A DNA stretch of 64,000 bases from an uncultured Candidatus Rokubacteria bacterium (GTDB lineage: Bacteria; Methylomirabilota; Methylomirabilia; Rokubacteriales; CSP1-6): positions 128,001-192,000 of the forward strand of contig CAVWWD010000007.1 in the NCBI GenBank assembly GCA_963758635.1, read 5' to 3'. A program made the translations under genes and the position numbers. Within the stretch, counting starts at the first letter, position 1; the number at the start of each line of letters is the position of its first letter. The notes under the pieces are model-generated. The model saw only the letters and a list, made by a program, of their open reading frames with translations, searched no databases and was not told the origin of the DNA. Of this stretch, positions 21,248 through 30,972 are shown piece by piece.

Positions 21248-22393
21248 CTACCTCTGTGTGGTCGCGGCGACGATCCGAGAATAGCTGCCGAGGTTTCCGG
21301 CAGCGTCGGTCGCCCGGACGCGGTAGCGATAGCGGGTGTTCGGCGAGAGCCCCGTGTTGCTGTAACTCGTGCCGGACGGCGCCGCGATCTGGACGAAGTT
21401 CGAGCATTTCCGGCCCTGGCAGCGTTCCACGCGATAGGCGGTCACGCCCACGGCGTCGGTGGAGGCGGTCCAGTTCAGGTCGATCCGGCTGCTGCTCACC
21501 GCGGTGGCCACGAGCCCGCCGACCTTCGTCGGCGGTGTGGTGTCGCCGGGGCTCGTGGCCGCAAAAGCGGCCGTGACGGTCACGGGGGTATTACCCGCGA
21601 TCGTGCACGGCGCGGTGCCCGAGCAGCCGGCGGTCCAGCCGCTGAAGGTCGAGCCAACCGACGGAGTTGCCGTGAGGGTGACAATCGTACCGGCGGCGAA
21701 GCTCTCGAAGCAGTCGCTGCCGCAAGAGATTCCGGCGGGACTGCTGGTCACCGTCCCGGATCCGGTGCCCATCTTGGTCACGGTGACAACAGGGCCAGTG
21801 GGAGGGGGAGCCGCAAAAGCGGCCGTGACGGTCACGGGGGTATTACCCGCGATCGTGCACGGCGCGGTGCCCGAGCAGCCGGCGGTCCAGCCGCTGAAGG
21901 TCGAGCCAGCCGACGGAGTTGCCGTGAGGGTGACAGTCGTACCGGCGGCGAAGCTCTCGAAGCAGTCGCTGCCGCAAGAGATTCCGGCGGGACTGCTGGT
22001 CACCGTCCCGGATCCGGTGCCCATCCTGGTCACAGTGACAAGAGGGCCAGTGGGGCCGGCCGAGGAGCCACAGGCTTCGTTCGAGTAAGCCGAATCGCCC
22101 GCGGAGTTGAAAGCCCGGACCCGGTAGCAATACGTCGTGCCCGCGTCCACCGTGTCCTGATGCGTCGTGACCCCGGCACCGGTCGTCCCGATCTGCGAGT
22201 AGGCTCCGGCGCTCACCAGCCTGCGCTCTATCTTGAAGCCGGCGGTGCCAGCGGAGTTGTCATCCCAGGTCAGCGTGAGCTGATCTGCACTGGCCGTGGC
22301 GACGACGAGGACGGTGACGGCGAAAAGCACCGCCACTCCGAGAAGCTTCCGGGCAGCCGGCTTCGGGGCGCACGCAAACACATACGATGGCAC
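21248..22393 (-). CDS. secreted protein: FN3 + two InlB B-repeat-like domains + FN3
   Basis: Signal peptide; LTW.D...YCYRVRAFN..GDSAYSN; two G.GSGTVTSSPAGISCG..C...VTLTATP..GS.FSGW..GC repeats; DTTPPT...IDLNW...YRYRVRATDAAGN. Confidence 0.88.
   Translation of the reverse strand: MPSYVFACAPKPAARKLLGVAVLFAVTVLVVATASADQLTLTWDDNSAGTAGFKIERRLVSAGAYSQIGTTGAGVTTHQDTVDAGTTYCYRVRAFNSAGDSAYSNEACGSSAGPTGPLVTVTRMGTGSGTVTSSPAGISCGSDCFESFAAGTTVTLTATPSAGSTFSGWTAGCSGTAPCTIAGNTPVTVTAAFAAPPPTGPVVTVTKMGTGSGTVTSSPAGISCGSDCFESFAAGTIVTLTATPSVGSTFSGWTAGCSGTAPCTIAGNTPVTVTAAFAATSPGDTTPPTKVGGLVATAVSSSRIDLNWTASTDAVGVTAYRVERCQGRKCSNFVQIAAPSGTSYSNTGLSPNTRYRYRVRATDAAGNLGSYSRIVAATTQR
21558..22053. repeat. near-identical tandem duplication, 252-bp period (84 aa)
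   Basis: GCAAAAGCGGCCGTGACGGTCACGGGGGTATTACC begins at both 21561 and 21813, with few mismatches along the unit. Confidence 0.95.
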
Positions 22394-22455
22394 AGTCGCC
22401 TCCCTGAGTCATTGGGGAACAACTTACCGCCCGCGGCCGCGGGCCACTCGAGGAG

Positions 22456-22470
22456 GCAACGAACGTGCCA
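22456..22470 (-). promoter_or_regulatory. sigma54 (-24/-12) promoter upstream of the FN3 gene
   Basis: Minus strand TGGCACGTTCGTTGC = TGGCAC-N5-TTGC with exact GG-N10-GC spacing, ~60 nt upstream of the start codon. Confidence 0.8.
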
Positions 22471-22662
22471 GCGCCCCGCGTGGGTGCCAGAGTGGCGGCG
22501 TCCCGAATGACTGAAGGCCTTTCAGGGAAGGAGAGTTCGCTGTGCGGACAGCGTTTGCGGTGCGGCCCATCCGCGGAGCGTCAAGGCGCCGACGAACACG
22601 TGCCCGGCGGTGTCACAGGGAAGAAACGTCTGACGTGGTCGTGCAGATGCTTGTGCAGTGTG

Positions 22663-23577
22663 TCAGTTCTGCATGGGTGATGCCTCGGGCGTTCCACGCC
22701 CTCGCCCGATCCGGGAGAGCCGTCCAGTCTTCCAGCCGGAACGGACAGAAGAGTACGCGTAGTCGTAGTAGCGGGAGGTGGCCGTCGGTCGCTCGCTGTT
22801 GTTGAAGAGCAAACCCACGACCTTGTCCGGCTCGACCATGTTCAGTGCGTCGGCGAGGAGCCGTCGCGACGTCTGGTGGCACCTCACGACGATCAGGTAG
22901 CCATCCACCCAGCGCCCGAGGATGCGCGAGTCCAGCACGGGCACGAGCGGTGGGGTGTCGAGCACGACGTAGTCGAAGCGGCTCCGGGCCTCGGCGAGGA
23001 TCTCGCCCATCCGCGGCGCCTGGAAGAGCTCATAGGAGTTCGGCGACGGGGAGCCGGCCGCGATCACGGCCAGATTGAACGGCGGCCGCGCGCGAACGGC
23101 GTCGTCGAATGAGAGGCTCGGGTCGAGCACGAGGTCCGCCAGCGCTGGCCCGTCCGGCTCAACGAGCCCGAGTCGCCTCGCGATCGCCGGGCGCCGCAGG
23201 TCCGCGTCGATCAGCAGGATGCGCACGCCCGGAGCCTGCGCCAACGCCCCGGCGAGGTTGATCGCCGTGGTCGTCTTTCCATCGCCGACCGTCGGGCTCG
23301 TGACCGCCACCGCCGAGAGCCCGGATCGCTTGTGTGCCTGCTCCACGGCGTGCCGCAGCGCCCGGTACTGTTCGGCCTCGACCGCGTTCGGGATGAGCAG
23401 GCTCACCAGGTGGTCATCGATCCCGACGGGGGAGGTCGACGCCTCGCGCCCACTCGTCGGGATAGGGGGCGATGGAGTGGGCGGGGAAGCCGGCGAGACG
23501 GCGGAGGGCCGAGGAGACAGCGCGCGGAGTGCGCGGTCGCGTTCGGCTTGCTCGAGGGCCTTGGAGAACTTGCTCAT
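22663..23577 (-). CDS. CpsD/CapB family tyrosine-protein kinase
   Basis: AEQYRALR, VTSPTVGDGKTT, LLIDADLRRP, VVLDTPP, Tyr-rich tail YYDYAY. Confidence 0.92.
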   Translation of the reverse strand: MSKFSKALEQAERDRALRALSPRPSAVSPASPPTPSPPIPTSGREASTSPVGIDDHLVSLLIPNAVEAEQYRALRHAVEQAHKRSGLSAVAVTSPTVGDGKTTTAINLAGALAQAPGVRILLIDADLRRPAIARRLGLVEPDGPALADLVLDPSLSFDDAVRARPPFNLAVIAAGSPSPNSYELFQAPRMGEILAEARSRFDYVVLDTPPLVPVLDSRILGRWVDGYLIVVRCHQTSRRLLADALNMVEPDKVVGLLFNNSERPTATSRYYDYAYSSVRSGWKTGRLSRIGRGRGTPEASPMQN

Positions 23578-24578
23578 CGCAGCATCGCTCCTCGCAGGAT
23601 TCGGGTCCACTCGGTCGCGCCCGGCGCACCGAGGTGTTCCAGCAAACCCGGATTGAACATCTCGGCCGCGCCGGCCGCGACGACCAAGCCCGCCAGAACG
23701 AGGGCGATGCTCGCGGCGAGGTGGGGGATCCGCTGGCGCAAGAGCGCGTGGATGCCCTGGAGTCGCCGCGGACGGTCCTCGAGATACGCGATCGCCTCCT
23801 CCACGATGTCGCGGTCGATCCGTCGTCGCTGGTCGGCGTAGCCGATCACCAGGCAGTGATCGCACACGATGTTGATCAAGCGGGGTATCCCGCCCGTGTA
23901 GCCGGCGATGCGCGCGAGTGCCCGTTCGGTGAAGAGTCCGAGATCGGCGGCGCGGGCGATGCGGAGGCGCGCGCGGATGTAGTCGCGGGTCTCGTTGCCC
24001 GTCAGCGGAGGGATCTCGCAGCGCAGGGCGATCCGCTGCTTGAGCTGCCGCAGCTCCGGCAACTCCAGCTTGGAGCGGATCTCGGTTTGTCCCACGAGCA
24101 CGATCTGGAGCAGCTTCTCCGAGGCGGTCTCGAAGTTGGACAGCAGGCGGATCTGTTCGAGGGTCTGCGGCGTGAGGTTTTGCGCCTCGTCCACTATGAG
24201 GACGGTCTGGAGGCCCGCGCGGCCGCGCTCGGCCAGGAAGCTGTTGAAGGCGAACAGGCGCTGGGCCGGTGAGTGGTCGGCCTTCAAGATCCCGAAACTC
24301 TCCAGAGCGTACTCGAAGATCTGGTCGAAGGGCAGCATGGTGTTGAATACGTATGCCACGGCGGCCGTGCTGTCCAGCCGCTTGAGCAGCGACTGCACGA
24401 GCGTCGTCTTGCCCATTCCGACCTCGCCCGACAGCAGCATAAAGCCCTTGCGCTCCTCCAGGCCGTACTTGAGCTGTGCGAGCGCCTCGCGGTGTCCGGG
24501 AGCCATGTAGAGGAAGTGCGGGTCCGGGGTCGTCTGGAACGGCTTCTCGGCGAGGCCATAGAAGGTGAGGTCCATCAT
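23574..24578 (-). CDS. ExeA/GspA-like AAA ATPase (polysaccharide-locus associated)
   Basis: FYGLAEKPF.TPDP.F, GEVGMGKTT, IVDEAQNL, LVGQTE, GGIPRLIN; C-terminal TM. Confidence 0.9.
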   Translation of the reverse strand: MMDLTFYGLAEKPFQTTPDPHFLYMAPGHREALAQLKYGLEERKGFMLLSGEVGMGKTTLVQSLLKRLDSTAAVAYVFNTMLPFDQIFEYALESFGILKADHSPAQRLFAFNSFLAERGRAGLQTVLIVDEAQNLTPQTLEQIRLLSNFETASEKLLQIVLVGQTEIRSKLELPELRQLKQRIALRCEIPPLTGNETRDYIRARLRIARAADLGLFTERALARIAGYTGGIPRLINIVCDHCLVIGYADQRRRIDRDIVEEAIAYLEDRPRRLQGIHALLRQRIPHLAASIALVLAGLVVAAGAAEMFNPGLLEHLGAPGATEWTRILRGAMLR

Positions 24579-24651
24579 TGAGCCTCCACGCTGCGCCGCA
24601 GCCGTCTCCAGGCAGGACCGGTGCGGTCAGCAGGCGCCGGGCACGCCGTCG

Positions 24652-26055
<1,404 letters not shown>

Positions 26056-26850
26056 GCCCTCGTCTCCTGTGACAACGACGCTTCCGAAAAGGACGCCTTC
26101 GCAGCTCCCGCCTCCCTGGTGAGGCACGAGGCGATGCTCGGCGATCCAGGACCGGTCCATCTGCTGGCCTGTGCGCGGTTCCTTTCAAGGCAAGGCTTCC
26201 CGGGTGCGCAACACGCGCCGGGAATGGTCGTGGCCGCGACGCCGCGCGCCCCCCGTTTCCTCCGTAAGTCCCCGTCCCGCGCGGAGTAGACCTCTCGTCC
26301 GGGTAAGGGGCTACTTCGTCTTGACTCGCAGCGTGGGTATCAGGAGGCACGAACCGTACCAGATTACCCCTACAAGCTTGGTAACCGCGGATCCTCGATC
26401 TTCAGGTTCTTTGCAGAATAGACGTGAGCTCCGTGCAAGGTCGCGCGACAGTTGCATATTGTGAGTCGGCCGTTGCAGAACGACTGAAAGGGAAATCCCC
26501 TTGTTGCGGCGGACTACGCGTTGCGATGGGCAAGCGACACTATTTGTCGGGTTTTAACACGGGACAGGGCCTCAGAAGATGACCGCGCCGTCGACTCGTG
26601 TTAAAGACCCATAGAATTCACCGACTTACATAAAGGATCACGGTCGTCCGCAGTGGTTCGGTCCTTGCAACCGCCCACGGACCGAGATGTCGAATCCACT
26701 GTCGAAACCGACCCGCTCCGACATCCCGATTGCAGCTTTCGACTGTGAAAGGCTTTGCTAGATATTGCTCCGATTGACTGACGCCTAAGGCCGCGGGTAG
26801 GACTCGGCCCTCTGAATCCTGCCCTCCACCGTTGATCCGGAGGTGTTGCT

Positions 26851-29800
26851 TTGGCCAGCGCGCTGTCCGAACTGCCGGAGATGCTCCCCGAATTTCTGGG
26901 TGATTGCCCCGAGATTTTGGAGCTTCGCCGACAGGTCTCGAGGCTGCTGACCCGTACCGGGGCTGGCGGCCGTTTGCCTCCGATCCTGATCCTCGGCGAG
27001 ACGGGGACCGGCAAGGGGCTGCTCGCCCGCTGCATCCACCGGGCAAGCCCCCGGCAAACGCGACCCTTCGTCGACGTGGACTGTGCGGCTATCCCGGACA
27101 CTCTGCTGGAGGCCGAGCTGTTCGGCTTCGAGCGTGGGGCGTTCACCGACGCCCGGCAGGCCAAGCCCGGCCTCTTTCAGTCGGCCCATCTGGGGACGAT
27201 CTTCCTCGACGAGGTCGGGCTCATGCCGCGGCCGCTTCAGAGCAAGCTCCTCAAGGTGGTCGAGCAGCGAGAGGTGCGCCGGCTCGGCGGCACGCGGAAC
27301 ACGCCTCTCGACGTGTGCATCATCTCCGCAACCAACGAGCAGCTCGTGACCGCGACCAGCGAAGGGCGGTTCCGCGAGGATCTGTACCATCGCCTCTCCG
27401 CGGTGACGCTGCATCTGCCACCCCTCCGCGAACGCGGGCCCGACATCCTGCTGCTGGCCGAGCGCTTCATCGCTCGAGCGTGTCTCGAGTACGGCCTGCC
27501 CCAGAAGCGGCTCGGCCTCGACGCCCGGGAAGCGATCCTCGCGTATCGGTGGCCGGGCAACCTGCGCGAGCTCCTGAACGTCGCCGATCGCGTGACGCTC
27601 CTGTCCGACGAGCCGGTGATCACCGCGGCGCGGCTCGACCTGCCGACGGGTGGCCATCGGGCAGGGCGAGGCTCCTTCGACGATACGCCCAGCCTCCGTG
27701 AGTCCTCCGTTGCGCTCGAGCGCGCCGAGCTCCTCGAAGCTTTGGAGCGCGCGGGCTGGCGACTGGCCGTGGCGGCGAGCCGACTTGGCCTACCACGCAA
27801 CACGCTGCGGTACCGATTGGAGAAGCTCGGGATCTCGCTCGAGCGTAGCCGCCGCGAGGGAGCTAACCCGGCTCCTGCCGAACAGGCCGCGCCGGCCTCG
27901 CCGCGACGGGGCGACGTGGGACGCGTGCCTCGTCGGGTGGTGGCGCTGCGCGTCGGCCTCGATGGACTCCCGGATGATGTGTCGGAGCCGGCGCATGACT
28001 CCGTGGGAGAGGCCGCGCTCGCGCCGGGGCGGCCGATCGACCGCATCGCGGCCAGGCTCCGAAGCTTCGGGGCACGTACCCGGGTCGTGGGTGACTCGCA
28101 GGTCTCAGCCGTCTTCGGTCTCGATCCCGGGGAGGACGCGACCGGCCGCGCCGCGCTCGCCGGCCTCAGCATCCGGGAGACGGCGGCGCGGCTCGCGCCC
28201 GACGGAGGCAAGGGCGTGTCGGTGAGAACGGCGATCCATGCCGAGACCGTGCTCGTCTGCACGGACGGCGGGGTGATGAGCGTCGTCGAGCTGGACTCCC
28301 GCCGCCTCGACGCGCAGCTCGACACGGTGCTCACGCTGGCCGAGCCGGGGACCATCGCCGTCAGCGACGCCGCCGCGCTCCGACTCGACCGCCGGTTCAC
28401 GCTGGTGCCGATCGCCGGCGCCAGCTCGTTCCATCGACTGCTCGCGCCGCGAGCCGCCAGCGCGAGCGACGGGCGATTGCTCACGCCGTTCGTGGGGCGT
28501 GAAGACACGATCGACACGCTCTTGCGCCTGTTCGCAGAGGTCGAGCGTGGCCATGGCCAGGTTGTTGGCGTCGTGGGCGAGCCCGGCATCGGCAAGTCTC
28601 GGCTCCTCTCGGAGCTGCGCCTCCGGCTCGCCGGGCGGCCGTATTTCTGGCGCCAAGGACGGTATCTGCCAGACGGTGGCGCCCTCCCGTTCCAGCCGGC
28701 CGTGGACATTCTCCGTGAGGCGTTCGCCCTCGGCCACGACGACGATCCCGAGGCCGTGGCCGAGAAGGTGTCGGTGCGCCTCCAGGACATGGGTCTGGAT
28801 CCGGAGACCACAGGCCCCCTGATCCTCGCGTTTCTCGGCGATCGCGCCGCGAGCCGGACGCTCCGCGCCGTGCGACCCGATGACCTCAAGGCTCAGCTCT
28901 TCGAGATCTTGATCCGGCTGGCCATCGAGCGGAGCCTCGACGCACCGCTCGTCCTCGTCATCGAGGATCTGCAGTGGTCGCCGCCCGCGGCCAGCGAGTT
29001 CCTCCGCGCACTGGTGGGTGTGGTCTCGGGCGCACGCATCATGCTGCTGTGCACGTACCGGCCGGAGTATCAGCCGACCTGGCTCGACCGTTCCTACGTG
29101 ACCCAGCTCGCGCTCCAGCCGCTGTCGCGGGAGGACAGCGTGGCCGTGGTGCGCAGCCATCCTGCCGGTCGCGATCTCTCGGACCGGCTGGAGAATCGAC
29201 TCCTCGACCGGGGAGATGGCAATCCGTTCTTCCTCGAAGAGCTCGTGGCGGCGTCGAGCCAGCACGTGGTCACCGAATCGACCGTCCCGGCCACGATCGA
29301 GGCGGTGATCGTCGCACGCGTCGAGTCGCTGCCCGAGGAGCTGTGCCGTGTCCTGCACGTCGCTGCCGTCGCCGGTCAGGAAGTGCCTCTGCGCGTCCTG
29401 CAGGACGTGATCGGCGGAGCGGCGTCCGACCTCGACGGCCGGCTCGAGCATCTGGCCCGCCTGGAGTTCATCCGGCCGGTGCTTCGCGGGCGGGAGCGGG
29501 CGTACCTCTTCAAGCACACGCTCACGCGCCACGTCATCTATCAGAGCCTCACCGCGTGGACGCGCGAGAGCCTGCACCGGGCCATCGCGGAGATCCTCGA
29601 GCGCCTCAACACGCCTGGCTCCGAGGCCGCCATCGAGCGTCTGGGGCACCACTACGCCAACGGTCACGTGCCGCTCAAGGCGGTCCAGTACCTCCGGCAT
29701 GCCGCCGCTCGCGCCGGCCGGCGCAACGAGCCCGCGCAGGCGGTGAGGACGCTGCGCGAAGCCCTCGTCCAGGCGCGCCGTCTTCCCGGCGGCCCTGCGC

Positions 29801-30942
29801 GCGACGGCACGATTCTCGACCTCGCCACGCGCCAGACGCAGCCGCTCGCGCTACTCGGTCGACTGACCGAGGCTCGTGACGAGCTCACCCTCTACCGCCA
29901 CCTGGTCAGGCATGTCGACGACGCGGGAGTGGTCGCGAGATTCCTTGCCGCCCTTGGCTCCGTCTACGGACGGCTCGGCGACGATCGCCAGGGCAGCGTG
30001 CACCTCGACATAGCGCTCCAGTATGCGCTCCGCTCCGGCGACGACAGGACGCTCGCCCGCGCTCATCTGATGCTGTCGCAATCGCGGTTCTGGTCAGGCG
30101 ACTTCTCACGCGGGATCTGGCACGGGCTGGAGTCCGCGTCGCTGTTCGAGCGCCTTCGGGAGCCGTGGCGCGTCGGCCGGTCCCTGGTCCACGTGGCCTG
30201 GAACCAGGCGTCGCTCGGGGAGGTGGGCCAGGCGGCGGCGGCGGCCGAGCGTGTGCAGGAGCTCGCGCGAGAGTCGGACGACGACACGCTGCTCCTGTCC
30301 GCGGGAAGTATCTGTCGCGCCTGGGTCTCCGGGATGAGCGGGCGCGCCGAGGAGTCGATCGCCGCGGGCCGGCTCGCCCTCGAGGCGGCGCGCGGCCCGT
30401 CCAATCAAGCCTTCGCGCTCTCATTCCTCGGAGGCGCGTACCTGGAGGCCGACGACGCGGCCAGCGCGGCGGCGTCGCTGGAGCAGGCCGCGAGTCGTCT
30501 CGACGGGTTCGGCTTCATCCGGCTCAGCGGGCTTGCCTCCGCCTGGCTCGGCGAGGCGCTGCTGCTCCTCGGGGAGGTGGACCGTGCCGAGGCGGTGGCG
30601 CTGGCGTCCTCGGCGCAGATGGGGCGGGTCGGCTGTCCATTCGTCGTGGCCTGGGGCGAGCGTACGCTGGGGCGCGTGGCGCAGGCGCGGGGGCGGCTCG
30701 ACGAGGCCGACCTCCGCCTGGGACGGGCCCAGGACGGCTTCGATCGCCTGTCGGCTCGCTACGAGGCCGCGCGCACCATGCTCGCGCGCGCGTCGGTGGC
30801 GTGCGCCGCGGGGCGCCGTTCCGCTGCGGATAACCTCGTGGGCGCGGCCGGCCCGGCCTTCGTCGCCATGCAGCTGCCCTCCTACCTCCGCGAGGAGCGA
30901 ACACTCGCGCGGCGATTCGCTGGCAACGCCCTCGCAACCTGA
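26851..30942 (+). CDS. multidomain regulator: sigma54-interaction AAA + Fis HTH + degenerate nucleotide-cyclase-like domain + STAND ATPase + TPR
   Basis: GETGTGKG/GAFTDA/WPGNLREL, LGLPRNTLRYRL, PFVGRE, GEPGIGKSRL, LVIEDLQW, GNPFFLEEL, YLFKH.LT, helical repeats; start codon uncertain. Confidence 0.88.
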   Translation: MASALSELPEMLPEFLGDCPEILELRRQVSRLLTRTGAGGRLPPILILGETGTGKGLLARCIHRASPRQTRPFVDVDCAAIPDTLLEAELFGFERGAFTDARQAKPGLFQSAHLGTIFLDEVGLMPRPLQSKLLKVVEQREVRRLGGTRNTPLDVCIISATNEQLVTATSEGRFREDLYHRLSAVTLHLPPLRERGPDILLLAERFIARACLEYGLPQKRLGLDAREAILAYRWPGNLRELLNVADRVTLLSDEPVITAARLDLPTGGHRAGRGSFDDTPSLRESSVALERAELLEALERAGWRLAVAASRLGLPRNTLRYRLEKLGISLERSRREGANPAPAEQAAPASPRRGDVGRVPRRVVALRVGLDGLPDDVSEPAHDSVGEAALAPGRPIDRIAARLRSFGARTRVVGDSQVSAVFGLDPGEDATGRAALAGLSIRETAARLAPDGGKGVSVRTAIHAETVLVCTDGGVMSVVELDSRRLDAQLDTVLTLAEPGTIAVSDAAALRLDRRFTLVPIAGASSFHRLLAPRAASASDGRLLTPFVGREDTIDTLLRLFAEVERGHGQVVGVVGEPGIGKSRLLSELRLRLAGRPYFWRQGRYLPDGGALPFQPAVDILREAFALGHDDDPEAVAEKVSVRLQDMGLDPETTGPLILAFLGDRAASRTLRAVRPDDLKAQLFEILIRLAIERSLDAPLVLVIEDLQWSPPAASEFLRALVGVVSGARIMLLCTYRPEYQPTWLDRSYVTQLALQPLSREDSVAVVRSHPAGRDLSDRLENRLLDRGDGNPFFLEELVAASSQHVVTESTVPATIEAVIVARVESLPEELCRVLHVAAVAGQEVPLRVLQDVIGGAASDLDGRLEHLARLEFIRPVLRGRERAYLFKHTLTRHVIYQSLTAWTRESLHRAIAEILERLNTPGSEAAIERLGHHYANGHVPLKAVQYLRHAAARAGRRNEPAQAVRTLREALVQARRLPGGPARDGTILDLATRQTQPLALLGRLTEARDELTLYRHLVRHVDDAGVVARFLAALGSVYGRLGDDRQGSVHLDIALQYALRSGDDRTLARAHLMLSQSRFWSGDFSRGIWHGLESASLFERLREPWRVGRSLVHVAWNQASLGEVGQAAAAAERVQELARESDDDTLLLSAGSICRAWVSGMSGRAEESIAAGRLALEAARGPSNQAFALSFLGGAYLEADDAASAAASLEQAASRLDGFGFIRLSGLASAWLGEALLLLGEVDRAEAVALASSAQMGRVGCPFVVAWGERTLGRVAQARGRLDEADLRLGRAQDGFDRLSARYEAARTMLARASVACAAGRRSAADNLVGAAGPAFVAMQLPSYLREERTLARRFAGNALAT

Positions 30943-30972
30943 TCCGCGTCCGTCGTCAGGGTCACGGCGCCG

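Noticed and set aside
10538..24578. PEP-CTERM/exosortase system, suggested by the ExeA-like ATPase, tyrosine kinase and sigma54 activator
   Set aside because: No exosortase gene in the window, and none of the secreted proteins ends in PEP-TM-basic residues.
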